DNA of 63,692 nt, filler included, from Chiloscyllium plagiosum (lineage: Eukaryota), in assembly GCF_004010195.1 (NCBI RefSeq). It is 4 parts of one record of this genome, joined end to end, with 100 filler letters (N's around TTAATTAATTAA, not from the genome) between each part and the next. Parts side by side here need not be neighbours in the genome. Positions count along the whole stretch, not along the records: positions 44,152 to 63,692 come from NC_057716.1; 3 more parts are not named here. One strand, given 5' to 3'. Within the stretch, counting starts at the first letter, position 1; the number at the start of each line of letters is the position of its first letter. The position numbers and the translations under genes were made by a program. Shown here in pieces: positions 52,330 to 63,692 of this stretch. The notes beneath the pieces are model-generated. The model made no database searches. It was not told where the DNA came from and worked only from the letters and a program-made list of their open reading frames with translations.

Positions 52330-52890
52330 AGCCAGAGTCTCAACCCCAAGATGTTGATGGTAGGGAAATCAGCGATTATAATACTACTGAACATCAAGGG
52401 ACAATGGCTAGATTTCTACTTTTTGGAGATGACCATTGCCTGGCATTTGCAAGGCCTGAATGTTAATCTCCACTTTTTAGCTTCAGCCAAATCTTGGTGC
52501 ATTTGAACAGAGGCTGCTTCAATATCTGAGGAGTTGCGAATAGTGCTGAACATTTCACAATCACTGGCGAACATTTCCACTTCTGACCTTATGATGCAGG
52601 GAAGGTCACTGATGAAGGAGCCAAAAATGGTTGGGCCTAGGACACTACCTTAAGGAACTCCTGCAGAGATGTTCTAGAGCTGAGGGGGCTCCAGCAAGCA
52701 CAACTATCTTTCTCTGGGTCACTCATGACTACAAACAGGAGAGAGTTTACCTCTGATTCCAATTGCTTCAAGTTTGGCTAGGATTCCTTGATGCCATATT
52801 TGGTCAAATGCAGTGCTGATGTTAAGAACTGTCACTCTCATCTCACATCAGCAATCAGCTCTTTAGTCCATATTTGAACTGAGGCTGTAA
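52330..52890 (-). mobile_element. CR1-like RT fragment
   Basis: Minus strand LNISTAFDQIWHQGILAKL and GVP*GSVLGP. Confidence 0.75.
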
Positions 52891-53010
52891 TCACTGGACC
52901 AGAAATGTTAACACTGATTTCTCTCCACAGATGCTGCCAGACCTGCTGAGATTTTCCAGCAATTTCTGTTTTGGTTTCAGATTTCCAGCATCTATAGTTC
53001 TTTAGTTTTT
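52890..53010 (+). mobile_element. Penelope-type terminal fragment
   Basis: ttctctccacagatgctgccagacctgctgagattttccagcaatttctg is the reverse complement of the 16937 family. Confidence 0.6.
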
Positions 53011-53200
53011 ATTTTTATCTTTTAAGACCAGATCTTATTCAGGAATTAAAAGAATGAAATGATTTTCATCCCATTTGGTGAGATTCGAACCCAGGCCCCC
53101 ATATTAAAACTCAAGTCTCTGGATTAGTGTTCTTACGACAATACCACTGGGCCATCGCTGTTCCGTTATCTCAGTCAGAGGGACAGTAAACAGTGCAGAT

Positions 53201-53512
53201 ATAGAGTCATACAGTATGGAAACAGACCCTTCAGTCCAACTTATCTGCACTGACCAGGTCTCCCAATCTGACCTAGTCCCATTTGCCTGCATTTGGCCCA
53301 TATCCCTCTAAACCCTTCCTATTCATAGACACAGCCAGATGCCTTTTAAATATGCCTGCTTCCACCACTTCCTCTGGCAGCTCATTCCATACATGCACCA
53401 CCCTCTCAATGAATAAATTACCCCCCCCCGCCCCCATTGGTCCTTTTTCCCCTCTAACCTTTAATCTATGCCCTTTAAGTTTAGACTCCCCTACCCTAGC
53501 AAAAAGACCTGT
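53201..53512 (-). mobile_element. CR1 3' end
   Basis: Reverse-complement homolog of 45210-45530. Confidence 0.8.
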
Positions 53513-53531
53513 AACTCTATATCGAGGAAAG

Positions 53532-53848
53532 ATTAGATTAGATTCCCTACAGTGTGGAATCAGTCCCTTCAGCCCAACCAGTCCATATCAACCCTCCAAA
53601 GAGTAACCCACCCAGACCCATTTCCCTCTGACAAATGTACCTAACACTATGGGTAATTTAGCATGGCTAATTCACCTGACCTGCACATCTTTGGACTGTG
53701 GGAGGAAACTGGAGCACCCGGAGGAAACCCACGCAGACATGGGGAGAATGTGCAAACTCCACATAGACAGTCAACCGAGGCTGGAATCAAACCTGGGACC
53801 CTGTTGTTGTGAGGCAGCAGTGCTAACCACTGAGCCACCGTGCCGCCC
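53532..53848 (-). mobile_element. HE1-type V-SINE
   Basis: A and B boxes, V-domain and (TAATC)n tail. Confidence 0.88.
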
Positions 53849-53999
53849 CAATATGTCAGAGTATTTCCTAAGTAGAGCCAAGCTAGAGGTTGTGGAGGAA
53901 AAATGAGATCTACGAGGTCAACAAAACAAATCATTCTAAGCCAATCAACAGGACCAAAAAAAATACCAAATCAGCTTTCTCATGGAAAGTTGACTGTTG

Positions 54000-54530
54000 T
54001 CACAAGGAGGCTGGAATATAAAAGGGAGGTAATGTTTCAGTTGTACATAGTTTTTTTTGGTCAGTTCGCATCCGGAGTATTGTGTACAATTCCGGACACA
54101 GGAAGGATACACCAGTTAGTGCAGTCACTAAACCAGTAGCACGAGACTGACACTGGAATAGTTACATTATGCAGACAGGTTACAGGAATGACACCTTTGA
54201 CGTCAAAGTTCAAACAGTAAAGTAATTAAGATGCTCAGAATATTAAAAGGAACTGAAAGGGTGGACACAGAGAAATTATTTCCTTTCGTGTGGAAAATCA
54301 AGCATCAGGGAACATGATCATAAAATTAGAGACAGGAGAGTCAAAAGCCAAAGCACGATGTCACACCAAAGGTTTTGGAAATGTTAAACTGTCACTGCCC
54401 AAAAAACAGCTGTGCTTACTGCAACAATTCAGGCTCTCCAAACAGATGCTGCTGGGTAACATGATGAAAGGATATTGAAAACAAGTGAATTGATTCAAAA
54501 TACAAGTCAGCAGGATTTAGGATCACACAA
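54000..54530 (+). mobile_element. Old CR1 3' fragment
   Basis: LEYKREVMFQLY followed by a degenerate C-terminal region. Confidence 0.5.
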
Positions 54531-54553
54531 TCCCTAGCAAGTGAAATCAAGCT

Positions 54554-54810
54554 ATTCAGCCCATAGGGTGCACACCGACTCACCTTCCTCCCTGCATTCC
54601 CCATAGCTAATCCACCCAGCCTGCACATCCCTGGACACTATGGACAATTTAGCACAGCCAATCCACTTAACCTGCACATCTTTCTGACTTTGGTAAGAAA
54701 CACAAGCAGACATGGAGAGTGTGTGCAAACTCCACACTGACAGCCGAGGCTGGAATTGAACCCAGGTCCCTGGTGCTATGAGGCAACAGTGCTAATCACT
54801 GAGCTGTGTG
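54554..54810 (-). mobile_element. HE1-type V-SINE, degenerate
   Basis: B box gggttcaattcc and V-domain remnant gtggagtttgcacac. Confidence 0.75.
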
Positions 54811-54869
54811 GAGCAGGATATCAATACTCTTACTTAGAGATAGGGATAGGTTATGATAGTTCCCAAATA

Positions 54870-57345
54870 CATGATTGTACACTGACAGGCCTACATCCAC
54901 CAATACTTCACCCCAGCATGATCCAGAGACAGACTGTACCTCAATGTTATACACTGACAGACCTGTCCCCCTCAGTGTTACAGAAACAGACCTGCCTCTA
55001 CCAGTACTGCAGTGTTGTGCAGTGACAAACCTATACCCACCAGTACTGTATACCAGTGTTATATAGTGATCTGACCCCACCAGAACTGTACACACAAATT
55101 GTACAGTCACAGACCTGTTACCATTAGTACTGTATCCCAGTGTTATGGAGACACCTGTCCCCAACAGTATACTGTACCCCAGTATTACAAAGTGACAGAT
55201 CGATCCCATGAATACAATGCACCAGTATTAGACAGTGACAGATCTCTCACCAGCACTGTACTACAGTGTTGTGCACTTACAGACCTGTCCCCACCAGTAC
55301 TGTACCCAATGTTAGACAACTGTATCCGAGTGTTATAGAGACTGACCAGTCCCCACTAGTACTGTACCACTGTGTAATATTGTCAGAGGCTTGTTCAAAC
55401 TAGCACTGCACCCAGGGTTTTAGTGACAGATCATTACCCATCAATATGGCGCAACCATGGATATACACTGGCAGTCATGTCTAAATCTACTGTATTTCAG
55501 TAATAGTTACAGACCTGTCTCCACCAGAGCAGGATCTCAGTTTTAGACAGTGACAGACCTGTCTCCACCAGGACTGTACCCCAGTGTTATACATTGATAG
55601 AGCCGTCTCCACCAGCACTGTACTCCAATGTTATTGGATGAGAGATCTGTCCCCACAGATGAGGACAGTGACAGAGATGTCCCCACCACTCTAACCCGGA
55701 GTTCGACAGTGTCCTCACCAGTACTTGAGCCAAGTGCTTCAGTGAGAGACCTGTCCGCACAAGTGCTATATCGCCATGGTCAGACAGTGTCAGATCTGTC
55801 CTCACTGGTACTCTAATTCATTCTTATACTGTAACAGAACTTTCCCCATTAGTACTGCAGCCCAGTATCATACAGTGACAGACCTGTCTTCACCTACGAG
55901 ACAGATCCGTTTCTACCAGTACTGTACCCCAGTTTTATAGTGACAGACTTGTCCCGACCAGTAGTGTACCCATGTCAAACACTGACAGACCTGTCTCCAT
56001 TAGAACTATATCCAAGAGTTAAACAGTGACAAATCAATCCACACCAGTACTGTACCCCAATGTTCCAAAGTGACAAACCAGCCCCAGTACTGTACTGTAG
56101 CCCAGTATTATACAGGGACAGCCCAATCCATGCCAGTACTGTATGCCAGTGTTATACAATGACAGACCTTTCCCCAAGAGTACTGTACCCCCAGTACTGT
56201 AGAGTGTCAGACCTGTCCCCATCAGTACTGTAGCTCAGACCTGTCCTCACAGATGCTTTACTCCACGGTTAGACAATGTCAGACCTGTCCTCATTAGTAC
56301 TGCAGCCCAGAGTTATACACTGATAGACCTGTCTCCACCAGCAGTGTGCCCCAGTGTAAGACACAATCAAAACGGTCTCCATCTGTATTGTACTCCTGCG
56401 TCATACACTGATAGACATGAGCCCGTTAGGACTGTAACCAAGTGTTATGCAGTGTTATCCAATTCCCCATCAGTATTATACCCCAATGTTATGGAGTGAC
56501 AGATCCATCCCAACAATAATGTACTCGAGTGTTATGCAGTCACAGACCGGTCACCAAAGGTCCTGGATAGCGCAGTTCTATACAGTGACAGACTTGTCCA
56601 CATTAGTACTGCATCTCTATGTCATACACTGACAGACCTGTTCCTACCAGTACTGTACCCAGTGTTATACTGCAACAGTCCTGTCCACACCAGTACGATA
56701 CCCCAGTGTCCCAAAGTGACAAACCTGACCCCAACAGTACTGTACCCCTGTATTATACAGTATCAAACCTGTCCCCACCTGTACTACATACAGCGTTATA
56801 TCATGACTTACATGCCTCAGTAGTGCTCAATCCCAATGCTAGTGTCTTGACAGACTTGTCTCACGAATACAGTACACGTTATGTAGTGACAGAACCGTAC
56901 CCCAGTGATATATAAGGAAATATCTGTCCCCACAATTACTGTATCCCAGCGTTACTCAGGAACAGACCTGACCCCATCCCAATGTACTACATTGCTAGAC
57001 AGTGATACAAGTCTCACCAACAGCACTGTAGTCCAGAGTCACACACTGACAGACATGTCCCATCAGGTGTATACCCCAGCGTTATTCAGTGAAAGTCGAG
57101 TCGCCATTATTACTGTACCGAACTATTACACAGTGACAAGCGCAGTGCACACCAATACTGCACCCCATTGCTTCCACGGACAGACCTATCCCCATCACCA
57201 CGGTACTCCGGTGATAATAAGTCTGTGTTGTCGCTACCAGTGTAATATAGTGTCAGATGTGCACTCACCAGTGCTGCAACCAGGTGATAAACACTGACAG
57301 ATGCGCCTCAGCAGTGCTCTATCCAAGTATTATATCTTGACAGAC
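54870..57345. repeat. Diverged 44-bp satellite, consensus ACAGTGACAGACCTGTCCCCACCAGTACTGTACCCCAGTGTTAT
   Basis: Recurrent gacagacctgtc / cagtactgta / gttata motifs at ~44-nt spacing. Confidence 0.88.
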
Positions 57346-59875
57346 CAATCACACCATTTCAGTACCGGGGTTATACAGTCACAGACCAACCCCACCAATT
57401 CAGTACCAGGCTGATACAGTCACAGACCTGCCCCACTAATTCAGTACCAGGCTTGGACAGACAGAGACCTACCCCACCAATTCACTACCAGGAGTATACA
57501 ATCACAGACCTGTCCCACCAATTCAGTGCCGGGAGTATACACTCACAGACCTGCCCCACCAATTCAGTACTGGGATAATACAGTCACAGACCTACCCCAA
57601 CAATTCAGTACTGGGATTATACAGTCACAGACCTACCCCACCAATTCAGTACCGGTATTATCCAGTCACAGACCTGCCCCACCAATTCAGGACCGGGATT
57701 ATACAGTCAAAGACCTGCCCCACCAATTCAGTACCGGGGTTATACAGTGACAGACCTGCCCCACCAATTCAGTACCCGAGATATACAAGCACAGACCTAC
57801 ACCACCAATTCAGTACCCGCGTTACACAGTCACAGACCTGCCCCACCAATTCAGTACCGGGATTATACAGTCACAGACGAACCCCAACAATTCAGTACCG
57901 GGATTATACAATCACAGACCTACCCCACCAATTCAGTACCAGGTTATACAGTCACAGACCTGCCCCACCAATTCAGTACCCGAGATATACAAGCACAGAC
58001 CTACCCCACCAATTCAGTACCCGCGTTACACAGTCACAGACCTGCCCCACCAATTCAGTACCGGGATAATACATTCACAGACGACCCCCAACAATTCAAT
58101 ACCGGGATTATACAGTCACAGACCTACCCCACCAATTCAGTACCGGAATTATACAGTCACAGACCTGACCCACCAATTCAGTACCGGGTTATACAGTCAC
58201 AGACATGCCCCGCCAATTCAGTACCGGGTTATACAGTCGCAGTCCTGCCCCACCAATTCAGTACCGGAAGAATACAATCACAGACCTGCCCCACCAATTC
58301 AGTATGGGGAATATACAGTCACAGACCTACCACACCAATTCAGTACCGGGTTTATACAGTCACAGACCAACCCCACCAATTCAGTACCGGGATTATACAG
58401 TCACAGACCTACACCACCAATTCAATACCGGGATTTTACAGTCACAGACCTACCCCACCAATTCAGTACCGGGAGTATACAGTCAAAGACCTACCCCACT
58501 AATTCAGTACCGGGTTATACAGTCACAGACCTACCCCACCAATTCAGTACTGGGATTATACAATCACAGACCTGACCCACCAATTCAGTACCGGGACTAT
58601 ACAGTCACAGACCTATCCCACCAATTCAGTACTGGGATTACACAGTCACAGACCTGTCCCATCAATTCAGTACCCGGGTTATACAGTCACAGACCTACCT
58701 CACCAATTCAGTACCCGCGTTATACAGTCACAGACCTACCGCACCAATTCAGTACCGGGATTATACAAACACAGACCTACCCCACCAATTCAGTACCGGG
58801 ATTATACAGTCACAAACTTGCCCCACCAATTCAGTACCGGGATTATACAGTCACAGACCTACCACAGCAATTCAGTACCGGGATTATACAGTCACAGACC
58901 TACCCCACCAATTAGTACCGGGGATATACAGTCACAAACCTACCCCACCAATTCCGTACCCGGGTTATACAGTCACACACACACCCCACCAATACAGTAC
59001 CAGGATTATACAGTCACAGACCTACCACACCAATTCAGTACCGGGATTATACAGTCACAGACATACCCCACCAATTNNNNNNNNNNNNNNNNNNNNNNNN
59101 NNNNNNNNNNNNNNNNNNNNNNNNNNNNNNNNNNNNNNNNNNNNNNNNNNNNNNNNNNNNNNNNNNNNNNNNNNNNNNNNNNNNNNNNNNNNNNNNNNNN
59201 NNNNNNNNNNNNNNNNNNNNNNNNNNNNNNNNNNNNNNNNNNNNNNNNNNNNNNNNNNNNNNNNNNNNNNNNNNNNNNNNNNNNNNNNNNNNNNNNNNNN
59301 NNNNNNNNNNNNNNNNNNNNNNNNNNNNNNNNNNNNNNNNNNNNNNNNNNNNNNNNNNNNNNNNNNNNNNNNNNNNNNNNNNNNNNNNNNNNNNNNNNNN
59401 NNNNNNNNNNNNNNNNNNNNNNNNNNNNNNNNNNNNNNNNNNNNNNNNNNNNNNNNNNNNNNNNNNNNNNNNNNNNNNNNNNNNNNNNNNNNNNNNNNNN
59501 NNNNNNNNNNNNNNNNNNNNNNNNNNNNNNNNNNNNNNNNNNNNNNNNNNNNNNNNNNNNNNNNNNNNNNNNNNNNTATGCAGTCACAGACCTACCACAC
59601 CAATTCAGTACCGGGTTATGCAGTCACAGACCTACCCCACCAATTCAGTACCCGGGTTATACAGTCACAGACCTACCACACCATTTCAGTACCGGGATAT
59701 ACAGTCACAGACCTACCACACCATTTCAGTACACTGGTTATGCAGTCACAGACATACCCCACCAATTCAGTACCCGGGTTATACAGTCACAGACATACCA
59801 CACCAATTCAGTACCGGGATATACAGTCACAGACCTACCCCACCAATTCAGTACCGGGTTATACAGTCACAGACC
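57346..59875. repeat. Homogeneous 41-bp (some 39-bp) satellite ACAGTCACAGACCTACCCCACCAATTCAGTACCGGGATTAT, with a 500-N gap at 59077-59576
   Basis: Period of 41, e.g. caattcagt at 57601 and 57642. Confidence 0.95.
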
Positions 59876-59879
59876 ATCC

Positions 59880-61270
59880 CCCTCCTTCTCTGGGTGAACA
59901 TTTCCCTGGCCCAGGCTGCCCTCCTCCTGCAGCCGCCCAGACCGTGATCCTTTACCGGCTCTGGGTGACCCTGGGAGGAAGGGGATGGAGGGTCCAGGCC
60001 CGGACTGACCGATGTCGCCCTCGGTCTCTCACCTCAGCTCATTCCGGTGAGATCCGCCTCGGGACAGGCCGGATCTGGACTGGCGGACATTCCCTCCCGA
60101 GCGCTGGGGAATGGCTAGAACGGAGTCCTCCAGACCGCGGGGAGGCGCTGACGTGGCTGAACTGAGTCCTCCAGACCGCGGGGAGGCGCTGACGTGGCTG
60201 AACTGAGTCCTCCAGACCGCGGCGAGGCGCTGCCGTGTCTGAACTGAGTCCTCCAGACCGCGGGGAGGCGCTGCCGTGGTTGAACTGAGTCCTCCAGACC
60301 GCGGCGAGGCGCTGCCGTGGCTGAACTGAGTCCTCCAGACCGCAGGGAGGCGCTGCCCTGGCTGAACTGAGACCTCCAGACCGCGGCGAGGCGCTGCCGT
60401 CTCTGAACTGAGTCCTCCAGACCGCGGGGAGGCGCTGACGTGGGTGAACTGAGACCTCCAGACCGCGGCGAGGCGCTGCCTGTCGGAACTTAGTCCTCCA
60501 GATCGTGCGGAGGCGCTGCCGTGGCTGAACTGAGTCCTCCTTTCCGGGGGGAGACTCTGCCGTGGGTGTAGCGAGACCTCCAGACCGTGCGGAGGCGCAG
60601 CCGTGGCTGAGCGAGTCCTCCTCCCGGTCAAGGGGCTGCCGTGGTTAGAACGAGTCTTCCAACTCGCGCGGTGACGCCGTCAGGAGCAGGGGTGCATCCT
60701 GCAGACCACGTGAACGCGTGTCTGTGCGTTGAATGAGGCCTCCACACCATGGAGCGGCGCTGAGGTTGGAGGAGTAAGTCCTCCAAGACCGCGTGTGGGC
60801 GCTGCTGTGTGAACTATGTCCTCTCGACAGTGGGAAAGCGGGGCTGTGTGTGTGGTGAGGTCCACCACATGATAAAGTGGAGGATATCTCATGGAAGGGG
60901 GAGTCGGCCAGATCGCTGCGATCGTGTTCTGACAGCACACTCTCAACCCTGATCTCCACCATCTGCAGGCCTCACTGTCCCCTAGATCGCTGGGAGGCCC
61001 TGCTTTGCTCGAAGTGGGTCTTCCAGAGCGCGGGGCAGCGCTGCTGTGTGGAGCCAGTCCTCCAGACCGCGCGGTGGCGCTGTAGGGAGGACCAACGAGT
61101 CCTTCAGATGGCGTGGCAGCTCTGCTGGGATATAGGGGTAACCCTCCAGACCACGGGAGGGCGCCTCTATGCAAAGATTGCCCTCTACCCCCATCATTGC
61201 CTTCAATATCCCTTGGGAGCCCTGCTGTACGTGGAGTGTGTCTTCCAGACCGCGGGGCGTCGCTGTTGTA
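59880..61270. promoter_or_regulatory. GC/CpG-rich island, candidate promoter or insulator region
   Basis: Sharp switch to GC-rich, CpG-dense sequence against CpG-poor flanks. TATAAAAG at 61269-61276 on the right edge. Confidence 0.4.
60123..61270. repeat. CpG-rich 41-bp tandem repeat GAGTCCTCCAGACCGCGGGGAGGCGCTGACGTGGCTGAACT
   Basis: About 10 close copies at 60123-60540 (gagtcc at 60123, 60164...), then progressively degenerate copies to ~61270. Confidence 0.92.
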
Positions 61271-61609
61271 TAAAAGTCGAACAATTTCAGCAATTTTCAA
61301 GATTGATACTTGGGAAAGAGTGAATTTGCTGATTTAATGTTGTGGAATATGAAATGTTCTATTTTTGCTGCACAGTTATATTTCCTCCAGTTAATGATGC
61401 GTTTGGGTCATATTGTTGGAAGCCAAGTTTGTTTATAGATAACTGTGAGAGTCTGCTTTAGTATTGCACCCTGAGGCCAGGCTATTTATTATTTTGAAGT
61501 TAGCCTTAAGCTGTTTGTTGTAATAAGTTATTATGGACATTGCTACAATACCAATAGCCCACTCCAAAAGCTAGTACTTCCAAATAAACCTGCTGGACTA
61601 TAATCTGGT

Positions 61610-61770
61610 AGAATCATAGAATCCCTACAAGGTGGAAACAGGCCATTTGGCCCAACAAGTTCATGCCGACCCTCTGAAGAGTAACCCATCCAGATCCTTT
61701 CCCCTACTCCTTCTCGACATTTCTCCTGACTAATACAGCTATCCTATGCATCCCTGAACACTATGGGCAA
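61610..61770 (-). mobile_element. HE1 SINE 3' fragment
   Basis: atccctacaaggtggaaacaggcc...cactatgggcaa, ending in an AT-rich tract. Confidence 0.7.
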
Positions 61771-62399
61771 ATTATTAAATATTAAATATTTAATATTAAA
61801 TATTAAACATGTTTTTAATATCATTGTGATTTTTCTCCTGAATTGAACAGCTCAATGAGCAAAAAAATTAATCTTTCTTTTGTGAAGGCTCCAGGATGAT
61901 CTAGAGAGTTGGCAATTGTTGTTATGATCCCAGCTGATGGTAACACTGGACAAGTCAGATATCAAAGTGAGGCCTGGCTTGATAGATTATGGTAGTAACA
62001 GCTCATTTATTTCTCAACATGGTTCCTTAAACTGGTCTTTCATAGCCTTCTGCTTCTGAGCTGACATGAAGCCACTAATGATTTATTTTCTTCTTTCTGG
62101 CCCATTTTGGAGACTGCTAAACTACATTTTACAGACTCTTCATCTCAGTGATCTGCCTCACTCTGAAATAAATCTGCACACACACCCCTTCTGAACGATT
62201 CTCTCTTTCTACAAGAACTGGTCTCAGTCTCTGCCTCCTGGTGTACAGAACACCTTATTGCTACATCACAGCCTGATTTTTAAAAAAAACATTTTTCCAA
62301 CTTATGTTTCTAAGGCATGGAATTATTTTCTTCAGGGATTTTACAAACCTTGTTCAAATGCAACTAAGTAAAATTTCCAGACATCCTAACCCACTGAAA

Positions 62400-62540
62400 A
62401 CTGAGGATCAGTAAAGGACTACATACCTGAAAATGTTAACCCTGTTCTTCCTGTACAGAGAAAGTAAGATCCAGTGGGTTTTTCCAGCACTTTCTGATTT
62501 TGTTTCAGATTTCCAGCATCTGCAGTTCTTTGTTTTATAT
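62400..62540 (+). mobile_element. Penelope-type terminal fragment, degenerate
   Basis: ttttccagcactttctgattttgtttcagatttccagcatctgcagttctttg. Confidence 0.5.
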
Positions 62541-62639
62541 TAGTTGATTGCAATTTACCTGGGCTAGATGCATTTTCATCCCCTGAATCTGGTCAGTCTC
62601 CAATGAAGTATTTTTACTGTAATTGCTCCCTTTTTTTCC

Positions 62640-62990
62640 CCACAGATAACATACACTATTAACAACACTATGATCACTATCCCCTAAATCTTGCCCCAAC
62701 TGACACCTGACCCATCAAATCGTGATTAAGTAAGGTCTCCTGAAAAGTTCATAAAATCTTTCCAAGTATTCTTTTTTTAAACTGTTACTATCCCAATTTT
62801 TATTAGCATAATTGAAGCTCCAGAGTTTAACTGCTCAATATATAATACACCTTTCTATAATTTGCTTTTTCCCACTATTTGGTACTCCAAAAATATATCA
62901 ATGAGTAAACTGTGACCACTATTGTTTCTGAATTCTACCAAATAGATTCCAACCTTGGCTCCACCAGGACATTCCCCTCTCTCACGCTTC
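62640..62990 (-). mobile_element. Old CR1 endonuclease fragment
   Basis: Minus strand ggaatctatttggtagaattcagaaacaat (decayed ESIWVELRN) and SFNYANKNWDS (decayed GDFN). Confidence 0.55.
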
Positions 62991-63570
62991 CTCTCGACAT
63001 GTTGATATAGCAAGTCATTAAGTGATTGAGGATAATGCATTAATTGACCAGGTAGTTGTCAAGAGGGAACAGGTGGGATTGGGGTTGTGTGTGTAGAAGG
63101 AGCTGCAAGACTGAGGAGTTAATAAATCTTAGCCACAAAAGAACGAGTCTTGGTTTCATTTGCACTGACGGTCTTGGATCCAAGTTGACACCACCAATAT
63201 CATAATATTCTCCTTTATCCTGTCACCCCACTGCTTCATTCCCCTCAGTCAGAGATGTTTAAGGTTTGGCTACTTCATAGACTCTTGTTGTAGCTTCTCT
63301 TGAAGGGGACTGTTCGGATATCGTGAAAGGTGCAGATTAAGGTGAGAAGAAACTACGCCCTGGATTTTCCATTTGCAAGACAGTCAGGACTCCAATGTGG
63401 AGAAGATTAAACCCAAAGCCTACCTTCTGAGAAACTCTTAAATTACCCTATATTTGCTCACACACAGCCAACTACAACTACCCCAGACCCTTACCTAACA
63501 ACATAGACATAGTGGTACAGATTGGGAGACATTTTGGAAATGTCTTTGGAAGTAACAGGGTTGTTTTCAA

Positions 63571-63692
63571 GGAGAAAGTGAGGTCTGCAGACGCTGGAGA
63601 TCAAAGCTGAAACTTTATTGCTGGAACAGCACAGCACAGCAGGTCAGGCAGCATCCAGGGAACAGGAGAATCGACGTTTCGGGCATAAGCCC
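63571..63692 (-). mobile_element. Penelope-like terminus running off the window, with a partial hammerhead motif
   Basis: Minus strand begins GGGCTTATGCCC-GAAACGTCGATT. The CUGANGA box would lie just outside the window. Confidence 0.7.

Noticed and set aside
54870..59875. RAG recombination signal sequences in the satellite (TACAGTG)
   Set aside because: The heptamer lacks the essential CAC, no nonamer is seen at 12 or 23 nt, and there are no V/J segments.
57526..60165. Long Thr/Pro/Gln-rich ORFs
   Set aside because: They are translations of the 41/39-bp satellite and cycle through frames because 41 is not a multiple of 3.
60029..61337. 200-aa Arg/Ser/Ala-rich ORFs
   Set aside because: They are products of the GC-rich 41-bp repeat and have no recognisable domain.
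61771..61811. AT-rich (TATTAAA)n quasi-palindrome
   Set aside because: It is a short low-complexity tract at the end of a truncated SINE, with no evidence of function.
63060..63345. Pseudo-coding-looking minus-strand stretch (…KGEYYDIGGVNLDPRP…)
   Set aside because: It has two in-frame stops, no clear splice sites and no recognisable family.

Overview
Eukaryotic, repeat-rich genomic DNA from a cartilaginous fish. This is inferred from HE1-type V-SINEs, CR1-type LINEs and shark-type Penelope termini. I could not identify any complete protein-coding gene. 1-22 kb and 44-63 kb are mostly decayed retroelements: CR1 LINEs (one keeps the ORF1 SGNH esterase), a Rex1/Babar 3' end, L2, HE1, Meta- and Deu-type SINEs, and Penelope-like ends carrying hammerhead-ribozyme motifs. 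About 22.46-44.05 kb is a gapped ~21.6 kb tandem array of a 33-bp unit. Its very long ORFs are largely a property of the unit, not evidence of coding. There are two further arrays: a 44-bp satellite grading into a homogeneous 41-bp derivative (51.7-59.9 kb), and a CpG-rich 41-bp repeat (60.1-61.3 kb). Best leads: (1) a tRNA-Pro(UGG) gene with an 18-nt insert at the canonical 37/38 intron site and a correct anticodon-intron pair; (2) an intact minimal hammerhead core at 13.9 kb; (3) CTCF-like motifs in the consensus units of the 33-bp and CpG 41-bp arrays, in divergent orientation around the tRNA gene; (4) signs that the 33-bp array grew from a decayed Pro/Thr/Ser-rich exon just downstream of a clean 102-nt candidate exon. 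Repeat-family names come from remembered consensus features, not from a search, and element boundaries are approximate.
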